Assembly (NCBI GenBank): GCA_973895155.1
Contig: OZ316893.1
Span: forward strand, 13,284,359 to 13,348,358
Source: Marsupella aquatica
Taxonomy: Eukaryota; Plantae; Marchantiophyta
Direction: 5' to 3'
DNA length: 64,000 nt
Numbering within the stretch: the stretch's first letter is position 1; each line of letters begins with the position of its first letter. The notes under the pieces were generated by a model. The model had not been told where the DNA came from and searched no databases. It saw only the letters and a program-made list of their open reading frames with translations. Shown piece after piece: positions 1-11,900 of this stretch. Made by a program: the position numbers and the translations under genes.

Positions 1-148
1 GCCCCGGAGGCAGCTTGCCGCTGGTGAAGAAAAGCTTGAACACCACAATCGCTGCCAATGCAGCAGCCAGAGTCAAGTAGTACACACTGTTGGTGCTCCA
101 CTCCGGCGCAGCGGCTGCTGCAGCACCTAACGCATCACCGTCTACCAT
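1..148 (-). CDS. 5' end of a probable cytochrome P450 (partial, continues beyond the left window edge)
   Basis: Not in the ORF track. ATG at 148-146 reads MVDGDALGAAAAAAPEWSTNSVYYLTLAAALAAIVVFKLFFTSGKLPPG(P). This is a hydrophobic signal-anchor, then Lys residues, then an LPPGP proline hinge, which is the standard ER P450 N-terminus. The catalytic domain is not visible. Confidence 0.7.
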   Translation of the reverse strand, partial: MVDGDALGAAAAAAPEWSTNSVYYLTLAAALAAIVVFKLFFTSGKLPPG

Positions 149-2611
149 GGCTGGCTGGCTGGCTGGCTAAGTTGCTTATAACAATTCAATTCAATACGGG
201 TCAAGTGTCTCGCTCAATTCAATCCCACTCAGCTCAACTTAGCTCAGCTCAGCTCAGGGTCTGTCTCCCCCAACGAACACAAGGAAAAACCCAGAGTTCA
301 GAACGACAATACAACGACAAGCCAGTCGATCGAAGAAACCCCTCAAAGCTCCAACCCAGCCGATGATTGCAACCCTGCAGTCCTGGGTAGTCCTGGATGC
401 ACACTCCTCAGGAGCCTGAAGAGGAATTTTTTGCCGAAAGAGATCCAAACACCCTCAAGACTCTGTCGCTCTCTCTCACTTTGTCTACCATTGCAATGAG
501 GCAGCAATACTTTCCATACTTCCAATCGAGTAGGACTCTCTGATTCACGGGAAAGTGGCCTCTATTCTATTGTACTGGTGTTGTCATAAATTAAGTGTGG
601 TGACCCAGAAAAGTAGAAAACGCTGAAGTCCTAAAGTGCTGATGATCGTCGTCAATCATTCAGTTTGGGCCTGCAACACCGCGCCTTCGTCTTTTTTACA
701 TACTTCCTGGCCTGGCGAAGCCATGAGCACCACCATGCCACGGTGCCAAAGGTCGATTCATTTATTAAAAAGGAGGCTGATGATTTCCTTCGCCATCGCC
801 GGAAGGTCCGTCGTGGACCTGCCCACGCCCATCCCTTTGGCAGTTCGGCTTCAACCAAAGCTCGTGTGTACTAGAGTAACTCGGAGTGTAATTGGAGCGT
901 GACACTGTAACCTGGGAATACCACATGGCTTGCAGAGCAAGTGGCTGATGTCCTCTACAAGGGTGTCTCAGAGCCTGGCCTTATTAACAAGATAAGGCAC
1001 TCGGGTAACTCAATCATTAGTGGAAACTCCAATAAAAGTTATGGGAGCTTACCTTCCATTACCATAAGGAAAGCCCGTGGGCTGACTTAACCCTTAGCTT
1101 TCCCTCAACTTTAGGCGGAAATCCAGAACTCTGGAAATCGCATGACTGAATGCAGGTGAGCTATAGGCTTGGCGTGGTGATGGCTGTTGCATTTGAGGTG
1201 GCAGCTAATCAAGAGTGAAAAATTATATATGCCATGAGACAGAGATGAGGCTGTAGGTAACTCCTTCCTTATGAGGCAGGTCAATGCTACCTCCCCACAT
1301 TTTAAAAATTCATTAACTAGGTCCCATTAGCAGAGTTATGGGATGGACCACAAATCTATAACTTTCAGTAATGACCCAGCTTTGAGACGCCCTATTATAG
1401 ACTGCCCCTTTAAAGTGTGTTGGGGCCTGCAACTCCTGTTGAAATTTCATTATCAGAGTTTAGAGTAAGTGAGTAACATGGCCAAATTTTGTGTCCATTA
1501 AATGCTATTTTGTCGGATTAGTACAGTGTAAGCTAAAGCCTGGTCAGTTCATGATGTTAACTTTTTGTTGTGCTACCGGGGTATGTTTACATCCTAAGAT
1601 GCGTCAAAATAGGTTATAGTCATACAGTTTGTCGTCTCAAGTCTGTTTGGGCTGAGATTTTTGACACTACTACCTAGCTTGTGGAACAATTAACTGACTT
1701 CCAGTATCGTTGGTTAAAGTGTTAACTATCAGCATTTGATCCCACTTGTAGATCTAAAAAATCCGATCACATGCATCTTTTCTTGAATGTGATTGTTGTG
1801 CACTATCATCCACTGTCCTCTTTGTTAGCCAAGCTAGATTGATCAAATGCATCATTCGATTAGATCAAACTACTAGAGTTAGTCATTTCTTTGAGTACAT
1901 GAATTAAATAGAGAGAAATGATTTACTGTAGTTCAAAAAACAGATAAAACAATTACAAAAGATTACTTTTCTGCCCTACTCTTTGTGATTCCCTTGTTAT
2001 TTTTTTTCTTAAGTTTCTATTTTTCTTAAGTTTCTACCATTCTTGGGTCTAACCATTTTTGCAAGCATCGCGACAAAGAGGAATGGATGCATTTGTTTGT
2101 CACCACAAACATTGCTGTTTGGACTTGTGGCAAAAATCACTGGGCGGTGCAACCACAGGCTAAGATTTTTGGAATATACTTGTCATGGATTCTGTAAAGA
2201 GGTCTTTGTTAACAATGGCCCACTGGTTTGCTGCTGTTACTTTTGGCAATGTGATATATTTGTAGTCTAATCCTCTAATAGTTGTCAAATGAGAGTCCTC
2301 TTACGTGTAGGCAGCCCTAATAAATGCTGCCCTCAAGATGGATGACAACATTTGATCTACTGAGTTTTCATGCCGTCACCCACTACTCAAAGAGGCCTGA
2401 CTGCATTTTATTATGGAGAACCAGGGGCAAGGGAGATAAACTTTCCTTTCCTTGAATTGTGAATTAGGCACGGTAGGGAGACAAAAGGGCACCCTGGAAG
2501 GCCTAAAGATGGACCATTCCTATCAGCCTTTTTAAAGGCAGTTTAGGGAATGCTAGGAGGTATCTATCATGCAAAGAAACTGGAATTTTAGATAGCAAGG
2601 AGAGTATTATT

Positions 2612-2682
2612 AGCAAGTCACTAGTGGTTCTTAATGTCTTTTGATAGGTAGCAAAAGTCACTAGTGGTTCCTCATGTCTTTT
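2612..2682. repeat. ~40-bp tandem duplication
   Basis: AGCAAGTCACTAGTGGTTCTTAATGTCTTTT recurs as AGCAAAAGTCACTAGTGGTTCCTCATGTCTTTT. Confidence 0.75.
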
Positions 2683-3081
2683 TAGTTTTTCTGACTGTGT
2701 ATTTCTAGTGCATTTTTAAGACTCCAAAGATGACTAGCCAAGAGCCAGGTACTGTAGCTAGCTAGAAGATGAGTCCCCAAAATTGGGTTTTACTAACCAA
2801 ATTATGGCTAGCTACTGTAGGTATTAACTTTGCTAGTGAAGTGGGTTTTTCCCCATTTGCTCCCACGCTGCTGGATTTTGGGGCTGCTTACATGCAAAGA
2901 CCTCATGGAACCTTAGCAATCATATCCAACCAAAAACAATTGGGATGGGTTTTACTCAATCCAATTGATGTTGTCCAAACCCAATTAATTAAGGGAGACT
3001 CGCTTCTAAACAGTCGAGAGCCAGTGGAGAAACACGCAAAGTTTGAGAATTGCACTGTGCTGTGCTGTGCTGAGCTGAGCT

Positions 3082-5043
3082 ATGGAATCCGCCATTCTTC
3101 GAACAGCAGTACCCTTCCGAACAGCAGCTGCCCTACGAGCCAGCAGTTCACGAGCCTTTCTGGGTTCGCCTCTCCTCCATCCTTGCTCAGGGACAACTGT
3201 TGCGCGTCGGTCCTCATCGTCAGTGCGAATCACCCCACGAGCGGCAATGGCACCTCTTGCTCTGCCCAGCGAGTATGGCTATGTGATTCTCACCGCTTCT
3301 GCCAGTGCCATTCTGGTACAATGGCAGGCTATCAAGGTTTGTTGCCTTCTCGTCGATTCTCGTTTTCGAACTTCTGATCCGTCGAGTTGCTTAGGGATGG
3401 AAATTGCTCCTCGTTTCCTTTCCATTTCCAGAGTAGCAGGAGTTCTCCAATGCTGTTGGGACCAAGTGTCATGGGTTTGTAATGAGACCAATTCGGGAAG
3501 GACTGTGCATTGTCCTAACACTCGGAGCTCAAAATTGTTCCTGTTTCAACTTTGATCATCGAACCACAAGTACTTGGGAATAACTGATATTTGCTCCTTC
3601 TACGCCAAATATCTATTTTCCAGCCATGATGATCTATGAAAAGAGATAGCTGTGAGAAGATCGGAAAGGCACCTAGCTGATGACAACTATGAGCCCCCGA
3701 GAATGTCTTTCCCTGACGTAGTCGTGGCTTAGGTAAACGTTAACATTTGTCAGTGTCTGTAATGCAGGTTGCTGGACAACGGAAAAAGTCAGGAATTAAG
3801 TATCCTAAGGTTTGCGTTCTCAATCTCTTAGACTGGGCAGTGTCGGTTGGACAAAGAAATAAAGAATGATTTAGCCGAATTGATTGGATTTCAAAAGCGT
3901 TCGAGGGACAATGAAGTTCTGTTTTTCTAGGTGTGCTGAGGACGGTATCTCTTCTGCTTCCTTTGAGTTCTTTGAGGGGATCCTTGAAATTGTGGCCTAG
4001 TTCAAAACGTTTCTCTAGTTCCTGATACTCTCCCTACCTATAATTATAAAAATATATTTTCTTATGTGGTAGTTGAAGATTGTAACAGTGGAAGTGAGAA
4101 AGTACAGAGGTAACCAAAACGGACATCCTGCAGCCGACATTTTAAAAGACGAACATTACACCGCTAATAATTTGGCCCACCTTTGACAGGTGTACGAGGA
4201 TGCGGAGAACTCCGTTTTCAACTGCTACCAGCGTGCACACCAGAACACCCTCGAGACCCTTCCTTCCTTTCTATCTCTTCTTCTAATTGGTGGTCTTGGT
4301 TATCCAATAACTTCTTCAGTGTAAGAAATAACCCTAGAAAGTTTTTCGCTCCTTCTTGTTATTTTAGTATAGATGGTAGCAAGTCAATCTATGACTGCTC
4401 CGGTGACGATGTCACCTCTGCCACGTTTCCTCGTTCGCAAAGTCAAACATGCAGTAACTGTCATTTGCACTCCTGGGTTCATTCCTTCTCACGATCTGGG
4501 GGTCTTTCGTTGGTTCTTGTAACTTGGGACCACCAGTTTCAGAGATTCCTGTCTCAGTGGAGTTGAAGTGCTAGTCCCCGGTGCTAGTCCAGCTTCTCTA
4601 AAAGTCATAACATGGTCACTAAATTGCTGAACTGACCACGGGATGCAGGTTGGGCTTGATTTGGCTCGTGGGACGAGTGGTCTACAGTCTTGGGTATGCC
4701 CGACCTCTCAGTGTGGCTTTTCGTTGGTGTTGTAGCTCATAAAGGAGTGGCTGATTTTGTGGCCAGTCTCTCTCCAGATATTGCTGACGGAATGAGCAGA
4801 TGCTACTGGAGATTTGGTAATGACTGAAGGCCAGTTTCGGGTCTAGATTTTGAATGTGCGCTTGTTTCTTCGTTCTGCAAGTTTCTAAGCATGGAAATGA
4901 AAATTGTGGGTTTCAGGTACTACACGGGAGATCCAAACAAGCGGTTGAAAGGAATGTTCCACTTCTTTGCACTCGTTGGGCTCTTCATCACATCCATAGT
5001 GCTTGGAGTACGCCAAACTGGAATACTGTCCCTGCTTAGCTAG
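3082..5043 (+). CDS. MGST3: MAPEG family protein (microsomal glutathione S-transferase 3-like), 199 aa, with N-terminal transit-peptide-like extension
   Basis: Exons 3082-3336, 3768-3809, 4190-4320, 4649-4693, 4917-5043; all GT-AG, phases consistent, 600 nt. Motifs [45 protein letters not shown] are diagnostic for MGST3-type MAPEG. Confidence 0.93.
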
Positions 5044-5959
5044 CTTATCAGTTCTTAGGTTAGCTGTCACTTATCAGATTTTAGTGGGAGTTTGTCCGCT
5101 TCTGGAATTTCCAGTAGAACACATACTTCGATGCTCCCAACCTTTACTTTCTGAAGTGCACAGGTTCTCCTTGGTGTCAGGCCAAAACCTGAAAATAGTC
5201 AGTTGGAAAAGAAACATATATAGCTCTACTTAAAGTTCGGGCTCGCGCGAACTTGAACTGTGAGCAACGCTTACATTAGGCTATACAACACCTAATTTTG
5301 CCATCGTTTCTCTTAGAAGACCTGTTGAGAAATTCTGAGAATTATCCATGGGATGACGTGAAGATTTGAGTAGCGTGCTAGAGTGAGTGACAGTGTCAAA
5401 CGATCCACAGATAGTTTGGCGATCTGCATCTCAGACATCAGAAGTGTGGTGCACTGTTCTACTGTGGTCCTGAAGTTCAGATGCCTTGCACCCACCTTCT
5501 GGATCTTCTGCATGGAGGATGATACTCCTCACAGCAAAGACTGCCCAAGGAATGGTCCCATTCGATGCTGAAAATGGTTTCATGAATGAATGACTAACGA
5601 AACTTTGGAAACATGTCGGACCAGCATGCCCGCATGTACTTTTGCAATCTGGATGAATCTCAACAAATGTTAAGACCACCACTGGCCATACAAGTGGGAA
5701 GGGTCCAAGACCTCCCTCTTTTTCCACATGTCACTCACTTTTCTCCTCTACCAGCTTGCTCCACAATCTCATTAAAAAAACTACTTTAATGGAAACTGGA
5801 AACTATGAGTAACCCGAAGCTTTTGAAGGGCAGGTGTGCTGAACAGTGCTCTAATAGAACTGTTTACAACTTGGACCTTAAAAATGTGGGATGTACTGTT
5901 TCAACCTGGATGGAAACTCAACAAACAGTAAATGTGCTTTGATAGTATCATTTCTAACT

Positions 5960-6530
5960 CATCGGGACAGCGCCAACAACGGCAGGGGCGTGGCGTCATG
6001 AGCGGCAACAATGAAGGAGACCAAATATGCTGCCTGAGCTTCATCTAATAGTTTTCTCCCCCTTGCTCTTGAGATATATGGGCATCTCCATCATCAATTC
6101 AATGGGCTTTTTCGACAAGTTGTTCGGGATGTTCATGGTCAGATGGGTTCCACCGGACTCTCACTATTTGTTTTGATCACGCATTTTCGCCAATGCATTT
6201 CAGTCACTTTACAGCGTGCTCAAGCTCGGGCCATCCATCGTCGATCTCTGACAGTGGGTGCTAGTGTGCCTCCGCAGCAGCTAGCCCCCCTAGAGGACAT
6301 TACAGTTCCACTGGTCGATTTAGTTTCGACATTTGATATGGACCATTAGCTAGGAATGTTAAGGACCTCGGTTCATTTGCAGTCATTTTAGTTCTCTTTT
6401 CTTGGTTCTTAGAGGTTTCTTTTTGCTCACTTCTTTTGTATTTGGTTTTGTTCACTCGGGATCTCTTTTGTTTATTTTTTTGTACTCTGTTTGACCCTTT
6501 TCTGTAAAATATTTGTGTATGTTACTTTTC
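5960..6530 (+). mobile_element. Decayed 3' fragment of an RLE-bearing (CRE-like) non-LTR retrotransposon
   Basis: One frame 5972-6349 with two TGA stops reads ANNGRGVAS*AATMKETKYAA*ASSNSFLPLALEIYGHLH...HFRQCISVTLQRAQARAIHRR. This matches the K..KY...F.P.A.E..G and ISV.LQR.QA.AI pattern of restriction-like endonuclease C-termini. A T-rich 3' tail follows. Confidence 0.65.
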
Positions 6531-7857
6531 TTCTAACTTGGACTTTTGCAACTTGGATGGAATCTCAACAAATGTTGAAAATCTGCTCCAAAAGTATTAC
6601 TGACAACTACTTTAGATTATTTTCATATACATTTGCACACTGCAATACCAGTAATATACAATCTGAAATGCTATTTTCACAAACCCTAAGAACTGTAATT
6701 GGAGGTCAACAATATGGCCCACGTTGGCAAGCACGTTATCTAAGTAGCCATCAAGGGAGGGTCATGATTGTGATACGTAAGCAAACGGATTTATCAGATT
6801 CCTCTGAGATCATTCTGTTCGAGCAACTTAAAAAGAGTATCTCAACTGAACGCAAAATCTGGCAGCCAGGGGTGGCGGCCCCAGTAAGAGATGAACTTCA
6901 GTTAAACACCAATTCGCTTATAATGTCTGGCTACTCTAGTAGGATATATTGTAAAAGCCATTTGCTTGGATAAGATTCTTAAGCTTGCACAAGATCTCCA
7001 AAACATGAATTTGTCGACAACGCAGATGTAGAGGAAGAAAACTTTACTTTCACTCAAAGAACATTTTGGGATCCCATTGTTTGAACGAAGATTCCCCATC
7101 CTAGCTACTGTACTTATTCGGCATTAATTTGGTACATAATGATACTTTAAAGAACACGCTTGCTATTGTCTGCAAATATTATGCTTGCACGTTTCCATTC
7201 TCGTCTAGGAACAAGCAACCAAGCCTTTTGATTGTTCCTTTCTACTCGTTGAAGTTCCTAGTGCCTCCCAATCCCTGTTAGCGCAATTATTTTTTCATTT
7301 TAGAAAACAAGGATAGAATATTATTGTCTTGTTTTCATTTTTAATTCAAATTTTTAAAAACGTAGACACCTAGGATGCTTAGCATATTCTTAAAATTTAG
7401 TTGAAAAAATCCTTTCTATGTTTCAAAGTGACCCCACAATATGTGGGCCAAATGTAATAATTAAGTATTTCTTTCAATAACTAATTGCTTCTTGCCAAAA
7501 CCAAAATGGCACTCCCCCCAATATTTGGGCCCAAAATGTTCATAACTAGTGATTTTCTGCTGGAACGTAGCTGACGCTCTGGTACTCCAACATGCCTCCC
7601 TGTAATTGCACATGAAAATGTGACAGTACTAATTGATGTAACAAAATAATTAGGTTTATCAGAGCATGAATTGATGTTCAATATATTGTCATATGTTGAT
7701 GTAGAATTACCTGGACCCAGAACGCTGATGGGGCGTATGATCGACGGTCATAATCTCCTCCCATTCCGAGGGCGTTCAGGCTGCCGTCGATCTAAGCCAC
7801 CATCAATGCCGTCGAAGTGACGAATGTTGCGAAGAACACTGAACAGCGAAGATCGTG

Positions 7858-7928
7858 CTCTCTCTCTCTCTCTCTCTGTTTCTCTCTGTCTCTGTTTCTC
7901 TCTCTCTCTCTTTCTCTGTTTCTCTCTG
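7858..7928. repeat. (CT)n-rich compound microsatellite upstream of the SGR2-like gene
   Basis: CTCTCTCT runs interrupted by GTTT/GT, seen directly. Confidence 0.9.
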
Positions 7929-7949
7929 CTTCTCGATGCTTGTTACTGG

Positions 7950-8390
7950 ACAGCATCGATCAATTGCTTCTCGAGAAAGGAGGATTGGATCGATGGATTA
8001 TTCTGTCTCCCTCGTTCGTTCGTCTTCGTTTGCGACGCCCGAAATTGTAAACTCTCGAGCACTTCACTGAACACTCTCGATTAATTGCTTTGCTTCCCGG
8101 AAAGGAGAATTCGATTTGTTATTGTTGTGTGGATCCGTGTTGTCAGGGCAACTCGACAGTCTCCCTCGTGGGTTCGTTTGCTTTTCTGGTGCTTGGCTTC
8201 GAAAGAGTTCTGTTCGAAGCCGTTCGTTTCTGACTCTCTTGTATGATGAAATTCCGGACTCTGTACTTCCTCACTGCACTTCACTGAGCAGTATCGATCA
8301 ATTGTTCTCCCGGAAAGGAGAATTCGATGGATTATCAATTGATGGATGGATGCGGCTTGTTACGTCTCACTCGTTCGTTCGGTTTTTTCT
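7950..8390. repeat. Three degenerate direct repeats upstream of the SGR2-like gene
   Basis: Core (CACTTCACTGA..)TCGATYAATTG..GAAAGGAG(A/G)ATT..GAT..TCGT at about 7950, 8060 and 8277. Confidence 0.6.
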
Positions 8391-8968
8391 GTCTCGGTTG
8401 TAGGCGTCTCCCCATACTCAACGTTGAATGTTAGCTATAGGACTGAGTCCGATGGTGGAGCAGGCCACGGATTTTTGTGCGGAGTGGCAAGGCAAGGCAA
8501 GTGAGCAGCATGATTGTGGTCGAGACAAGGAGGCAGACCAGAAGGCAGAGCAAGGTGAACGAGGGAGTGAGGCAGGGAGGCGACGGATTGCGCTGGCTGT
8601 GTGACCTCCGACGCCTTGAATGGACAATTTTCCCTTCGCAGGGTTGAAGAGGAGGTCGGGCAGGCATGATTCGGAAGCTAGTGATTGGTCTGGTTGGAGA
8701 ATGCGCTGAGAGGAAATAGAGGGATGAATTAACCTGTCTTGGTGGAGGCGCAAGCAGAATCTTGGATCCTTGTCATGGTTCGGTTCGGGACGGGAACACT
8801 CTGAACATGCTAATCCTAAACGAACGTCATGCAGTTCGATCTATGCAGTGGAGGACACTGGTCTTGAGCCCCTCGTTTTTGCTTCGTCTGTTGTACTTGC
8901 CTGACTATTTTTAAACCCTATTCTGGACGTTTAGTTAGTGGCAGTGATTCAGTCCACCAATTCACACA

Positions 8969-11900
8969 ATGAGTGACTCCGATTTGACTCCAGCTACTCC
9001 CACTTTCTCAAATCCACCTCCCGAGTCTTCAAAAATCCCCCCTTCCAGCGCTCAACCTCCACCAGATTATGACTTACATTTCCCCAGCTTGAATTTTACT
9101 GCTACTGCTCCTGAGGCCCCCTTTGAAATTCTATCGTCTGATATCCCTCCTGAAATTCCTCCATTGGATGACCCTCCAGAAATTCCGCTCTTTCGTGACC
9201 CTCCCCCAATTCCTTCGTCTGAGATCTATTCAGAAATTCCACCATCTGATATCCCTCCACCGATTCCTGCAGGTGATATCCCTCCAGAAATTCCTCAAAA
9301 CTATGATGTCTCTCCACCATTTCCACCATATAATGTGCCTCAAGAAATTCCACAGTCTCACCTCCCTCCTAAAATTCCACGAACTCAGCGCCCTCCTAGA
9401 CATCCAGCTTCTCCTGGTCCATCAGAAATTCCACGATCTCTGTTCTCTCCCGAAAGTTCTCCTTCTCATCTTCCTTCTGAGACTTCACCATCTGATGTCC
9501 CTCCTGAAATCTCAACATCCCACATTCGAATGCAATCAGTCCCCAATGCATCCACTTCTTCTGACATGTCCACCTCACCCTCGGATTCCCGCCAAGAACG
9601 GAAAAGACAATCTCTCACCTATCAGTCAAGCTCCTTTCAGTATGGTTCTTCTCTAAAGCCAGAGCATAAGTACCTCAAGTACACGCTCTCATCTCCCGCC
9701 ATACCTTATCATACTGCTGCTGATGATGAAGATTCATCTCAACCAGGAAAATATGCACAACGTACAAGGAGTCGGTCTGATGGTTCTGACGTGAGATGGT
9801 ACTTCTGTAAGACCCCTCTTAGGCCCGATGGTACGTTCTTTTCTAAACTCTGAATCCAGTGGAAAAGGAAGAGTAATGGCGTTTCAAACTGGAGTGTGAT
9901 TTGCTTGTACACGTTAGGAAACAACTGAAACAGTTATCAAAAACGAACATGCAATTTTGGCAAGTTAACCTCCTCGGCACTGTCTACGGCTTCAAACTCG
10001 AGATCTGCACGTCCCTTGTTCAGCTTTTGCCATCTGGGAGTGGCATTAACTTGTGCACATTTAGAATTCTCGAAAATTCTCGTTTTTGCTACTTCAGCAG
10101 ATCTGCTCGGGTATCTCTGTCTGAGCTTTTTACTTCTGGCCCAACCGAGTAGAAAGAACAACGTACATGAATTGAGGCGTTCATTTGTAGTGATAAATTA
10201 AATTTTCAAAGTAGCGATCGTTTTACACCAATCTTAAAATGGTCTATCAATGACGGGTTTTGAAATTGGAGCTCGCAGAAACAGCTGCTTCTGTCCCAAC
10301 AACGGAACTGGTCGGGAAAGGGGAGTATTTCCGCTTCGGTAAAAGCGACTCCGACGCCTTGGAGGCTGCTTTTCTTGAGGTGATATATCGGTCTGAAAGT
10401 CTTTCTTTGGAGCCCTGTTCGTTGGGGCAATTAGCTTTGCAGGAAGGTGACTTGTCATTGTAACTTACGGGTCTAGGCCAATCATTTCGCGGCTGTAATA
10501 TTTTCTGTAGTTCTCGTGAAGAGAAATAGATGATTGGCCTTAAATTGTGAGGTGGAATCAAGCAAACCAGGCAATTGGGTACTTTTCTCCCCCTGCAAAA
10601 TAATCGTTACTTAACTTCTTTTTTTAGACTTTTCTCTTGGTCCATGATTTCTGTGGGATAATTTAATGTGAATTTTTTAGGGGTTTGGGATTTTTTATCA
10701 ATCTCAGTTGTGTTCCTTCGTCCTCTGTCTGGCCATTGGGATCCTCGTTGTACACAATGTTCTGTTAGTATCCTTAATATCGTGAAACCTCCGGTTGTCC
10801 TGCTCAACTACCAAAAGGTGCTGAGTTCAACTTTTCGTGTCAGAGGGAGGAAGAACTGGTGAGGGCCTGGTGGAAGGAGTATGGGGAAAGTCGGGAAGGG
10901 CCTGCAAATGCTAATTCTACCCATGATGCACATTCGGGGGAGGCTGGACATCTTTCTCAGACAGATAGCAATGACTTTGAATCCAGCAGAAGATCGCAGC
11001 TGAATGCTTGGGAAGAGGAAGGGAATGTCGGTGTCCTTGTGAAAGGTGGACTTTACGAGGTCTGCTTATACGTTGCACTTCCCAGTTTTGGTATTTGGTC
11101 GACTTTTGACCTGAAGGCGCTCGTATACAAAAGATCTTTGGAACAGAATATGCAGCATTGCAAATAGTCACAGCTTTCCATCCTCACCTAGAATTGTGTG
11201 CGCATCACAGGTCTTTCTTTCACAATCGTGGGAGCTTTACTAACTACAGTTCTGGTCTGAATCTCAGGTAGATCTCATGTCTCGGCGGTGCTTGCCTGTC
11301 TATTGGCGGGGTGACCACCGGCGAGTACTGCGGGGTCATTGGTTTGCACGGAAAGGAGGACTTGATTGGTTGCCACTGCGGGAAGACTTGAGTGAACAGC
11401 TCGAGATTGCATATGAAAGTCAGGTCTGTTGTCCAACTCTCGTGGCAAGTTGAGGAAAGGAAAAACGTGGGCCTCATATGCTGCCAGGATCAATCGAAAA
11501 AGTTGAGCTATTATTGAAGAGATAATTCATAAATGGCTATGGTGACCATTGATGTATTTGAAGCATAGTCAAAGTTTATGCAGATGTTGTTATAACATGA
11601 ATGTCCGGTAGTGGTATTTATCATACCTTGGTCACGTGGAATGATCGTACTGCCTCTTCTGGACTATACTGGGAATTTACAGCTTATCAATTCCGCTTTG
11701 GTTTGTGTTTGGTGGACGAGTGCAAAAGTTAACCCTGGGAGTGCTACTGTCTGAATAGATTTGGAGACGGCGGCGTTTTCAACCTTCTGGACTTTATGCT
11801 GCTCGAGTCAATCTTCATGGTGCTACTCAGGTGATTTACTGTTAACGACTGGTTAACCCAAAGAACTTTTGAGACCTAAGAAACGTAGATGCATGCATTA

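Noticed and set aside
2769-3377. 202-aa ORF overlapping MAPEG exon 1
   Set aside because: Alternative frame with no motifs; its 5' part runs through a weak inverted repeat (2771-3000) that may be a decayed MITE.
6491-6973. 160-aa ORF
   Set aside because: Non-ATG start inside the T-rich retroelement tail; no recognisable domain.
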